From Dehalococcoidia bacterium (GTDB lineage Bacteria; Chloroflexota; Dehalococcoidia; UBA2979), in assembly GCA_965219085.1 (NCBI GenBank), contig OZ244720.1, positions 1,184,001-1,248,000 on the forward strand: a stretch of DNA of 64,000 bases, read 5' to 3'. Below are positions 56,209 to 64,000 of this stretch, piece after piece. Position 1 is the stretch's first letter. Each line of letters begins with the position of its first letter. Made by a program: the position numbers and the translations under genes. A model generated the notes under the pieces. The model did not search any database. It saw only the letters and a program-made list of their open reading frames with translations, and had not been told where the DNA came from.

Positions 56209-57414
56209 CTGTTCGAGATCTACAACACCCTCGCGCGTCGCGCCGAGCTGTTCGAGCCGTTTGAGGACGGCGTGGCGCGTATCTATGTGTGCGGCATCAC
56301 GCCGTACGACGTCGGCCACCTCGGCCACGCCTTCACGTACGTCTTCTTCGACACCGTGCGCCGCTACCTGGAGTTCCAGGGGCTCGCCGTCCAGCACATC
56401 CAGAACATTACCGACGTCGACGACGACATGGTGCGCGTCTCCCGCGAGCGCGGGATGAGCATCGCGGACCTGACCGACGAGAACCACGCCATCTACCTGC
56501 GCGAGATGGACTCGCTCAACGTGCTCCGCCCGAACGCCTACCCCCGCGCCTCCGACTCGATGCCGCAGATCATCGAGATGATCGAGACCCTCGTGGCGCG
56601 CGGCCACGCGTACACCGTCGAGGGGTACGTGATGTTCGACGCGTCGACCCGCGCGGACTTCGGCGCGCTCGCGGGCAAGACGCCGCAGGAGCTGCGCGAC
56701 GGCCCGCGCACCGACAGCATGCCCGACGAGCCCGACCACCTGAAGCGCGACTCGCTCGACTTCCTGCTGTGGCAGCCCTCGGACGCGCCGGGCGCCGCCT
56801 ACGACTCGCCGTGGAGCACGGGCCGCCCCGGCTGGCACATCGAGTGCTCGGCAATGGCGACGGCGAACCTCGGCGCCCGCATCGACATCCACGGCGGTGG
56901 GCGCGACCTCGTCTACCCGCACCACGAGTCGGAGCTGGTGCAGTCCGAGTCGGCGACGGGCGCCGCGCCGTTCGTGCGCTACTGGATGCACGTCGGCACG
57001 GTCACGATCGACGGCGAGAAGATGTCGAAGTCGCTCGGCAACCTCGTGAAGGTGAGCGAGTTGCTCGCGCAGGGCCACACGCCGGACGCGATCCGCCTGA
57101 TGCTGCTCGGCCGCCACTACCGCGAGGAGCACCCGTGGAGCCGGGACGAGCTGCTGGGCTACGAGGACCTCGCCGCGCGCCTGCGTCGCGCCGTCGACGC
57201 GCCCGGTGGCCCGCCGGACCAGTTGCTGGTACAGCCGCGCCGCAACCAGTTCATGGACGCCCTCGACGCCGACTTCGACACCCCGAAGGCCATCACGATC
57301 CTCACCCGTATCGCCTCGGACATCGAGGCGCGCCGCCTCCACGCGGAGACGGCAGTCCCCGCGCTGATCGAGCTGGCGGGGGTGTTGGGGCTGACGTTGG
57401 GGCGTGAGGAGTAG
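56209..57414 (+). CDS. Cysteinyl-tRNA-synthetase-like ligase lacking the anticodon domain (MshC-like)
   Basis: CGITPYD..HLGH, NITDVDD, GRPGWHIECSA, FPHHE-like YPHHE, KMSKS; about 400 aa; start CTG 56209 or ATG 56158. Confidence 0.85.
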   Translation: MFEIYNTLARRAELFEPFEDGVARIYVCGITPYDVGHLGHAFTYVFFDTVRRYLEFQGLAVQHIQNITDVDDDMVRVSRERGMSIADLTDENHAIYLREMDSLNVLRPNAYPRASDSMPQIIEMIETLVARGHAYTVEGYVMFDASTRADFGALAGKTPQELRDGPRTDSMPDEPDHLKRDSLDFLLWQPSDAPGAAYDSPWSTGRPGWHIECSAMATANLGARIDIHGGGRDLVYPHHESELVQSESATGAAPFVRYWMHVGTVTIDGEKMSKSLGNLVKVSELLAQGHTPDAIRLMLLGRHYREEHPWSRDELLGYEDLAARLRRAVDAPGGPPDQLLVQPRRNQFMDALDADFDTPKAITILTRIASDIEARRLHAETAVPALIELAGVLGLTLGREE

Positions 57415-57420
57415 CCGCGT

Positions 57421-58254
57421 CTAGTCGAGCCCGGGGAGACGTACCCGACCCACGTGGTCTTTCTGGCTGATCTTCTGCCAGAAATCCCCACCCCGCTCGT
57501 GCTTGCTGGCGTACACCATGTGGTAGATCGAGGCTCCCGTGCGGTTCCGTGCCTGCTGGCGATCATCGAAGACCGTGTATCCGATCGAGCGAAGCTGGTC
57601 CTCATAGAGATTGAGCAAGGCGCGGTACGTGAGGCGCTCAGGGCCCTTTCCCGGAATCAGATCCCTCCACGCTGACGTTCCGAAGAAGCGCTCGAGTGTG
57701 GCTTCAAGCGATGGCTCGCCGATGAAACGTCGGATGTACCCGGTCATGAACGTAATGATGAGATCGATGCGCAGGCCCGCAGTCATTCGCCGGATCGCGT
57801 CGAAGGAGATTTGGAATGCTGTCGGATCAATGACGGCAAGCCCCAGCGTTCGCCCCGCTTCGAACGGCGGGAACAGATGCTCGCGCGCGGTAACAGCAGC
57901 GTCGTTGCAATCCATGTCGGTGAATCGTACGTGGCTGGCGTTCGCCTCGCCCACCCGCCGCCTCAGAGCCGCAATAGAGTCGGTACTGATGTCGTTCAGG
58001 AAGACCGCCTCGAACTCCTCGTGGCGGGCGGCCATGAGGGCTGAGCCCGGGCGTTCCTCGCCCGACTCCTCATCAACGCACAGTCCAGGCCCCGCGAAGA
58101 GATCGGCGTAGACCAGCCTCCACTGTCTCCGCATACCCCCGGTGAAGATACCGAGGTAACCGTCGATCAGGAGCAGCTTCGTCCGTGTCCATGGCTGCAG
58201 CGGGAACGCCGGCAATCCGTCACTCGCAACGAGGTTAGGCAACGCTGGCCTCAA
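57421..58254 (-). CDS. tcmP: Three-Cys-motif partner protein (TcmP-like methyltransferase fold)
   Basis: W...KL....Y, YADLFAGPG, DCN, IDP, FFGT..W, YHMVYASKH..G; downstream of DUF5131. Confidence 0.8.
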   Translation of the reverse strand: MRPALPNLVASDGLPAFPLQPWTRTKLLLIDGYLGIFTGGMRRQWRLVYADLFAGPGLCVDEESGEERPGSALMAARHEEFEAVFLNDISTDSIAALRRRVGEANASHVRFTDMDCNDAAVTAREHLFPPFEAGRTLGLAVIDPTAFQISFDAIRRMTAGLRIDLIITFMTGYIRRFIGEPSLEATLERFFGTSAWRDLIPGKGPERLTYRALLNLYEDQLRSIGYTVFDDRQQARNRTGASIYHMVYASKHERGGDFWQKISQKDHVGRVRLPGLD

Positions 58255-58981
58255 ATCGCGCCGGCGCCTCGTCCCACGTCCGTCCGTCCAGGAGGCGCCC
58301 CGACGCCTTCTTGCTCATCCGCTTCCCCGACGCGTCGTGCGCGCCCCACTGCTTGAAGAAGAATGGGACCCCGGCGTCGAGACACTGGTCCCGAATATCC
58401 AGCGCCCACTCAGGGCGCATCGGCCGGGCCCGCGGGCCGCTCTCGCCTCCCACGATCACCCAGTGGACGCCACCGAGGTCGAGGTCGAGCGGGCCGAGCA
58501 GTGGCTCGCAGGACAGGAAGCGCACCTTCGAGTCGATCGACCGCAGCGCATCGATGCGGGTGGTCCAGCGCTGGTTCTCGACTGAGACGCCGAGCCATAC
58601 ATTCGACGGCCACGGCAACGACGGCGCGAGGGTGGCGGCTCGCTCCGGGCGCTTTGTGAGTACCTGGAACGTGTGCCAGTGCGCGCGCTCCATCACATCG
58701 AAGACCTCGGCGACGAAGGCATCCTCGATGTCCTCGTGGAACAGGTCGCTCATGCTGTTCACGAAGATCGTGCGCGGGCGCTTCCACGCGAGCGGCTGCT
58801 CGATCCGCTCCGGCCGCAAGACGACGTCGAACCCCTGCTCGTACGGATGGCCCGGCACGCCCCGGAACCGCTCGGCGAAGCGCTTCGCGTAGCAGTGCGC
58901 GCATCCCGGCGACACCTCAGTGCAGCCAGTGACGGGGTTCCAGGTCGCCTCGGTCCACTCGATGGCGCTGCGGTCGGACAT
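58235..58981 (-). CDS. DUF5131 / phage Gp37-Gp68 family protein
   Basis: IEWTEATWNPVTGCTEVSPGCAHCYA, FVNSMSDLFH, LTKRP, SCEPLL, GGESG, FFFKQWG. Confidence 0.95.
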   Translation of the reverse strand: MSDRSAIEWTEATWNPVTGCTEVSPGCAHCYAKRFAERFRGVPGHPYEQGFDVVLRPERIEQPLAWKRPRTIFVNSMSDLFHEDIEDAFVAEVFDVMERAHWHTFQVLTKRPERAATLAPSLPWPSNVWLGVSVENQRWTTRIDALRSIDSKVRFLSCEPLLGPLDLDLGGVHWVIVGGESGPRARPMRPEWALDIRDQCLDAGVPFFFKQWGAHDASGKRMSKKASGRLLDGRTWDEAPARFEASVA

Positions 58982-58996
58982 CGGGGAACTCCTTGT

Positions 58997-59016
58997 AGAA
59001 CGTGTGTTCGATAGTA
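58997..59016 (-). promoter_or_regulatory. SOS (LexA) box next to -10
   Basis: AGAAC-GTGT-GTTCG 58997-59010; -10 TACTAT at 59016-59011; RBS AAGGAG. Confidence 0.85.
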
Positions 59017-59114
59017 CACACGTCTGTCAACACTGTATCGGGTGCAGGCGATACGGAACGCGCGCCCGCTCACCCGCCCTGTAGTACGCTCGATCGCCAA
59101 GGGGTGGGGGCAAC

Positions 59115-60395
59115 GTGCTCGAGATTGGCGGCGGTCTACTCGCCGTCGCGTTCCTGGTCTTCCTCAACGGCTTCTTCGTCGCCGCCGAGTTCGCGCTCGT
59201 CACCGTACGCCAGACGCGCGTCCAGCAACTCGTCAACGAGGGCCGCCCCGGCGCGCGCAACGTCGAGGACGGTATCACCCACCTCGACAGCTACATCGCC
59301 GCCTGCCAGCTCGGCATCACCATCGCCAGCCTGGCGCTCGGCTGGATCGGCGAGCCCGCGCTCGCGGGGCTGCTCGATCCGGTCCTGGGGGCGTTCGGGT
59401 CCCACGCCGTCAGCTTCGCGGTGGCGTTCACGCTGATCACGGCCCTCCACGTCATCGCCGGCGAGCTGGCGCCGAAGGGCGTTGCGCTCCAGTACCCGGA
59501 GCAGACGGCGATCGTGGTGGCGGGGCCGCTGCGGCTGTTCCGCGCGGTATTCCGGCCCGTCATCTACGTGCTCAACGAGAGCGGCTGGCTCGTCGCGCGG
59601 CTGCTGCGCGTGAACCGCGCCGCCGGCCAGCACGGTCACTTCGGCCCCGACGAGCTGCGGCTCGTGGTGCAGGCCAGCGCCGAGGCGGGCGAGCTGAACG
59701 ATCAGCAGCAGTTCATGCTGCAGCGCGTGATCCGCTTCGCGGACCTCACCGTCGCCAACGTCACGATCCCTCGCACCGAGGTGATCGCGATCGACGCCGA
59801 CACCTCCACCGACGACGCGATCGCCTTCGCCAAGGCACAGCGCCACTCGCGCTACCCCGTCTACCGCAACGACCTCGACGACGTGATCGGCGTGCTGCAC
59901 GCCCGCGACCTGCTGCTGGCGGAGTCCGAGACGCCGCTGTCCTCGCTGCTGCGCGAGCCGCTCGTGGTGCCGGCGCAGATCGACGTGCAGGAGCTGCTGC
60001 GGCTGATGCGCGTGCGGCGCACGCAGTTCGCCATCGTGGTCGACGAGTACGGCGGCACGGACGGGATCGTGACGCTCGAGAACGTGCTCGAGGAGATCGT
60101 CGGCGAGCTGCAGGACGAGTTCGAGGTGCCCGAGGAGCCAGCCGTGCGCCGGCCCGGCGGCATCGTGCGCATCGACGCCGCCGAGGGTGTCGACGTGCTC
60201 GAGGAGCTGCTGGGCCTTGCAGTGGATCCGGGGCCGTACAACACCGTCGCCGGCCTCGTACTGGAGCTGCTGGGCGAGATCCCGGAGGTGGGCGCGACGG
60301 CCGACTTCGAGGGCCACCGCTTCACCGTCGTGGCGATGGACGGACTGCGCATCGCGCTCGTCGAGGCGCAACGTATCCGTCCGGGAGCGCCGTAG
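59115..60395 (+). CDS. Hemolysin-family CNNM/CBS/CorC protein
   Basis: NGFFVAAEFA, GELAPK, HSRYPV, VVDEYGGT.G.VTLE. Confidence 0.93.
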   Translation: MLEIGGGLLAVAFLVFLNGFFVAAEFALVTVRQTRVQQLVNEGRPGARNVEDGITHLDSYIAACQLGITIASLALGWIGEPALAGLLDPVLGAFGSHAVSFAVAFTLITALHVIAGELAPKGVALQYPEQTAIVVAGPLRLFRAVFRPVIYVLNESGWLVARLLRVNRAAGQHGHFGPDELRLVVQASAEAGELNDQQQFMLQRVIRFADLTVANVTIPRTEVIAIDADTSTDDAIAFAKAQRHSRYPVYRNDLDDVIGVLHARDLLLAESETPLSSLLREPLVVPAQIDVQELLRLMRVRRTQFAIVVDEYGGTDGIVTLENVLEEIVGELQDEFEVPEEPAVRRPGGIVRIDAAEGVDVLEELLGLAVDPGPYNTVAGLVLELLGEIPEVGATADFEGHRFTVVAMDGLRIALVEAQRIRPGAP

Positions 60396-60440
60396 CGAAC
60401 CGTCGCTGCGGGCGTCCCGAACCGGAGGGGGTGAGTGATG

Positions 60441-61070
60441 CTACGAGGGTTTGCTGCCCGCCGGGTCGTCCGTCTTGCCGGACCCGTCCGTCGAGCCCGT
60501 CTCGCCGGTCTCCGCATCCGATCGGGGCTCGTCGCGATCCGCGCGAGGCCGCTTCGAGAGCTCCTCGCCGAGGGCGTCGACGGCGGGCCTGAGGGGTCGC
60601 GGGGCGACGCTGCGGGCGACCTGCGCGGCCGCGCCGCGCAGCTCATCGTCGTGGTCACGCGCGTACTGGGCGGCATCCTGGGCCGCGCGAGCCACATGCG
60701 GCACCGCCGCCTCGCCCGCCACACGGGCCTCGCGCGCCAGGCGCTCGACCTCCGGCTTCGTCCGCTCGGCCGCGTCACGCACGCGATCGGCCGCCGAACG
60801 CGCCGCCCGCTCGGCCGCGGGCCGGCGACGCGCCGCCTCTTCGCGCGCGGCGGAAGCCATCCGCTGCACTCGGTCGGCGAACTGCCGGGCCTGCGGGCCC
60901 GCGGTCTCGTTCGCCGCCTGCGCGGCGGCTTCGACGCGGCGACGCAGCTCGTCGGTGATGCCGCCCCCGGTCGTCGACGTGCCCCGGCCGCGGAGGGGCC
61001 CGCGCCGCTTCGGACGCGGCTTCGCGGGCTCCTCGGGAGGGTCTCCGGCGTCGGTTGGTTCGTCCGCCAT
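60441..61070 (-). CDS. Hypothetical Ala/Arg-rich helical protein
   Basis: Co-directional in the operon, GGAG RBS, coiled-coil-like. Confidence 0.6.
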   Translation of the reverse strand: MADEPTDAGDPPEEPAKPRPKRRGPLRGRGTSTTGGGITDELRRRVEAAAQAANETAGPQARQFADRVQRMASAAREEAARRRPAAERAARSAADRVRDAAERTKPEVERLAREARVAGEAAVPHVARAAQDAAQYARDHDDELRGAAAQVARSVAPRPLRPAVDALGEELSKRPRADRDEPRSDAETGETGSTDGSGKTDDPAGSKPS

Positions 61071-61104
61071 GTGCCGCTCCGCGGCCGGCGCGAGCCGGCC
61101 GGTC

Positions 61105-61437
61105 CTAGCCAGACCCCTGGCCGGCGCGGATCTCGTTGATCGAGAAGACGATCATGCCGACGCTCGGCATCCGGCCCCAGCCCTCGGGGGTGCTGTAGAA
61201 GCGCTCGCCGTTGGTCGTCTCCGGAGGCTCGCGCTCCCCGTACTCGACATCGAGCCCCTCGATGCGGATCGTGGGCGATCCGAGGCAGCGCACCGCCTGC
61301 GCGTCGTCCACCGAAGTGACCACCCGCGTCTCAATCTCCGGATCGGCGACGCCCGCCTCGCGCACGGCGTCGTTGATCAGCGCCAGCGCATCCTCGGTGA
61401 GCGGCTCGTCGGTGGCGACATAGAGAACGATCTTCAC
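61105..61437 (-). CDS. Thioredoxin-fold small protein
   Basis: GSPTIRIEG.D, R.Y..PEG...P; N-terminal redox Cys absent. Confidence 0.75.
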   Translation of the reverse strand: MKIVLYVATDEPLTEDALALINDAVREAGVADPEIETRVVTSVDDAQAVRCLGSPTIRIEGLDVEYGEREPPETTNGERFYSTPEGWGRMPSVGMIVFSINEIRAGQGSG

Positions 61438-61565
61438 AGCTTCCGCCTCTCGCTGCTGTGCGTACTGCCCGCCGACCTCGTGGCGTCGTGGGCCCCGCGC
61501 ATCCTACCGCGCGAGGGCCGAACGTGCGGCATGCCCCGGCGCTACGGCTGGATTGTCGCCGAGCG

Positions 61566-62126
61566 TCACCGCGTGCGCCACGCCTCGATGATCGCCGGGT
61601 CGTGCTGGAAGGCGAGCTCGGGCAACTCGTCGGGGGCGAACAGCCCCACCTCGTACGCCTCGTCCCCCGCCGCCGGCGCGCCTCCCACGACGTGGCCCGC
61701 GTAGGCGATGAACACCACCGGGTCGCCCGCGGCGCTGTAGACGCCGAGGGTGCGGTCCAGCTCCACCTCGACGCCGGCCTCCTCGAACGCCTCGCGGCGG
61801 GCCGCGTCCTCGACGACCTCGCCGGCGTCGACGAACCCCGAGGGGAACGTCCAGCGACCCATCATCGGCTCGTGGTTGCGGCGCACGAGCAACACCCGGC
61901 CCTCGTGCTCGACGACGACGCCGGTCGCGACCTTCGGGTTGTCGAAGCGCACGAAGCCGCACGCGGGGCAGCCGGGCTGCCCGCCCGGGCCGCGTCCGGC
62001 CTCCAGCTCCGTCGCGCACTGCGGGCAGAAGCGCTGCTCGAGGTGTTCGTGCCCCGCGCCCGGCCCGCCCGCCCCGCCCGGCCCGTCCGCATCGCCGTGC
62101 CCCGCATCGGGGCCTGCGGACGTCAC
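61566..62126 (-). CDS. NUDIX hydrolase with zinc ribbon
   Basis: FCPQC..CPACG..NPK; G.VDAGE...AARREAFEEAG. Confidence 0.92.
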   Translation of the reverse strand: MTSAGPDAGHGDADGPGGAGGPGAGHEHLEQRFCPQCATELEAGRGPGGQPGCPACGFVRFDNPKVATGVVVEHEGRVLLVRRNHEPMMGRWTFPSGFVDAGEVVEDAARREAFEEAGVEVELDRTLGVYSAAGDPVVFIAYAGHVVGGAPAAGDEAYEVGLFAPDELPELAFQHDPAIIEAWRTR

Positions 62127-62875
62127 CGGAACATCACCACCTGGCGGAAGGACTCGAGGTAGCGGCCGTCCTCGTCGCGCCAGTGCTCGCGCGCGAACTC
62201 GACGAACTCCTCGCTGTCACCGAACTGGCTGACGTGGGCGAGCAGCGCCTCGATCTTCGTGTCGACGACGGCGGTGATGTCGACGTCGAAGTTGGCGTCG
62301 TTGGTGCCCCACAGGTACATCTCGGCGACCTTGTGGGTATCGAGGCCTTCCTCGATCTGCTCGGGGAAGTTGAGGCGGTCGCGGGCGGTGGGGTAGACGG
62401 CGTCGACGGTGGCGAGGCCGGTGACGCGGTGGTCGTTGTGGTTGACGAAGCCCTCGGTGTGGATCACCGGCTCCGGGTCGTGGGTGTAGACGGCGTGGGG
62501 CTTGAACGCGCGGATCTCGCGCGTGATCGCGCCCAGCAACTCGCGCGAGTAGGTGAGCTCGCCGTCGGTGTAGCCGAGGAAGCCGACCGATACGACGCCG
62601 AGGATGCGCGCGGCGTCGCGCTGCTCGCGGTCGCGCGTGGCGATGAGCGTCTCGGGCGTGAATTTCGGGTCGTCGGAGCCCTTCGAGCCGTCCGTGACGA
62701 CGAGGTAGCGCACCTCCCAGCCGGCCTGCGCGAGCAGGGCGGCGGCGCCGGCCGCGCCGAAGTCGGCGTCGTCGGGGTGGGCGGCGATGACCATCGCCCG
62801 CGCCAGCTCCCCGGCGTCGGGGTCGGGTGCGCCGGGCGCCTGCTGCCCGAACAGGTCCTCGAGGCTCGCGCTCAC
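62123..62875 (-). CDS. PIG-L family deacetylase (MshB/Mca/BshB-like)
   Basis: AHPDDAD, T.G.KG, R..E, H.DH, K..AL.AH.SQ. Confidence 0.92.
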   Translation of the reverse strand: MSASLEDLFGQQAPGAPDPDAGELARAMVIAAHPDDADFGAAGAAALLAQAGWEVRYLVVTDGSKGSDDPKFTPETLIATRDREQRDAARILGVVSVGFLGYTDGELTYSRELLGAITREIRAFKPHAVYTHDPEPVIHTEGFVNHNDHRVTGLATVDAVYPTARDRLNFPEQIEEGLDTHKVAEMYLWGTNDANFDVDITAVVDTKIEALLAHVSQFGDSEEFVEFAREHWRDEDGRYLESFRQVVMFR

Positions 62876-62978
62876 GGGTGCCGCCTTTCGATGCGTGACT
62901 GCCGGGGGCAGGGTAGCGGACGGCATAGGCGCGCAACATGGGGGCGGGCAGCGTGCCCGACGGCGTGACGGAGGGCGC

Positions 62979-63026
62979 TTGACGGGGAGGGAACGCTCAA
63001 AGTACGTTTGTTGCGAACATACGTAC
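62979..63026 (+). promoter_or_regulatory. lexA promoter with SOS box(es)
   Basis: TTGACG-N18-TACGTT; CGAAC-ATAC-GTAC 63014-26; degenerate GTAC-GTTT-GTTG 63002-13. Confidence 0.75.
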
Positions 63027-63100
63027 ATCGCGCTGCCAGCGTGGCTGTGCGATGGCGTGAACGTGCGGCGGATACTGCGCCCCACCTGGCGGGGGTGCAA

Positions 63101-63165
63101 CCGGCGGACGGTAGCCGGCGGACAGTAAACCGGCGGACGGTAGCCGACGGACGGTAAACCGGCGG
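63101..63165 (+). repeat. Tandem 14/15-bp repeat in lexA leader
   Basis: CCGGCGGACGGTAG, CCGGCGGACAGTAAA, CCGGCGGACGGTAG, CCGACGGACGGTAAA, CCGGCGG. Confidence 0.85.
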
Positions 63166-63253
63166 GCTGCGGCGGGGGCGGCAGACCATCGGCCCGGTGA
63201 GCCCGCGGTGATGCCGCAGAGCGCTCCGGGAGCAGCGAGGCGAGGTGACTGGC

Positions 63254-63901
63254 ATGGTGCAAGCAGGCGACGATCTTTCCGCGCGGCAGCGCCGCATCAT
63301 GGAATTCCTGAACGAGTTCATGGCGGAGAAGGACTACCCGCCCTCGATCCGCGACATCCAGCAGGGCTGCGAGATCTCCTCGACGTCTGTCGTGGACTAC
63401 AACCTCAAGCGCCTCGAGGAGCGCGGCTACATCCGCCGCGACCGCGAGGTGTCGCGCGGCATCGAGCTGCTCGACGGCTCCGGCCGGCGCCGCCGTGCGC
63501 CGCTGATGGTGCCGGTGCTCGGCAAGATCGCCGCCGGCGCCCCGATCCCGACCTTCCCGGAGACGCTGGGCCCGGACGTCGAACAGATCGAGGTCACGCG
63601 CGAGCAGACGCGCGGCCGCACGCAGGCGTTCGCGCTGCGCGTCGAGGGCACCTCGATGATCGAGGACCTGATCAACGACGGCGACATCGTGATCCTCGAA
63701 CCGACCAACAGCTGCGACGACGGCGAGCGCGTGGCGGTGTGGCTCAAGGACGAGGGCGAGACGACGCTCAAGCGATTCTACCGCGAGGGCGAACGCGTCC
63801 GCCTCCAGCCGGCGAACGCGACGATGGACCCGATCTACACTTCCGCCGACAACGTGGAGGTGCAGGGCCGCGTGCTCTCCACGCTCCACCTCGAGGCGTA
63901 G
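63254..63901 (+). CDS. lexA: SOS repressor LexA
   Basis: YPPSIRDI, SSTSVV, IAAG cleavage site, GTSM Ser, TLKR Lys. Confidence 0.97.
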   Translation: MVQAGDDLSARQRRIMEFLNEFMAEKDYPPSIRDIQQGCEISSTSVVDYNLKRLEERGYIRRDREVSRGIELLDGSGRRRRAPLMVPVLGKIAAGAPIPTFPETLGPDVEQIEVTREQTRGRTQAFALRVEGTSMIEDLINDGDIVILEPTNSCDDGERVAVWLKDEGETTLKRFYREGERVRLQPANATMDPIYTSADNVEVQGRVLSTLHLEA

Positions 63902-64000
63902 GCCCGCCCCCGGCCAACCCCGACGCTCGAGGCGAGGCGGCGGGCGCTTCGAGCGCCGGCCGGCGGCCGCGCGTCGAGTTGCGGCGTCTCGCGCACCCCG

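Noticed and set aside
59025-59030. TTGACA as the -35 of the DUF5131 promoter
   Set aside because: Only 8 nt from the -10 hexamer; spacing incompatible

Overview
High-GC (roughly 70%, estimated by eye) bacterial chromosomal window, most likely from a Chloroflexota/Dehalococcoidia-like organism. This is inferred from the Gram-positive-type GAAC-N4-GTTC SOS boxes, Tat-lipoprotein family-5 SBP expansion, double-domain CoA-transferase and gene style. Housekeeping/catabolic genes (acyl-CoA dehydrogenase, htpX, mgtE, tRNA-His, lexA, NUDIX, PIG-L deacetylase, MshC-like ligase) are interleaved with many small toxin-antitoxin/defence cassettes. Highlights: (1) An IS5-family element (18028-22359, CTAG duplication) has its transposase cut in three by an IS110-type and an IS1111-type element. 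In both, the bridge/seek RNA guide loops can be read directly and match the flanking IS5 transposase codons and the element's own circle junction, i.e. RNA-programmed insertion into another transposon. (2) A 151-bp MITE with the same IS5-type ends splits a 532-aa HEPN protein gene. (3) An orphan tandem array of 8 paralogous Tat-lipoprotein solute-binding genes (29.4-45.2 kb; 6 intact, 2 decayed) has a repeated hairpin+promoter module. (4) A perfect SOS box controls a DUF5131 + three-Cys-partner (TcmP) operon. (5) A candidate ~240-nt structured ncRNA has its own promoter (10373-10610). All family assignments are from motif recognition only; no database search was run.
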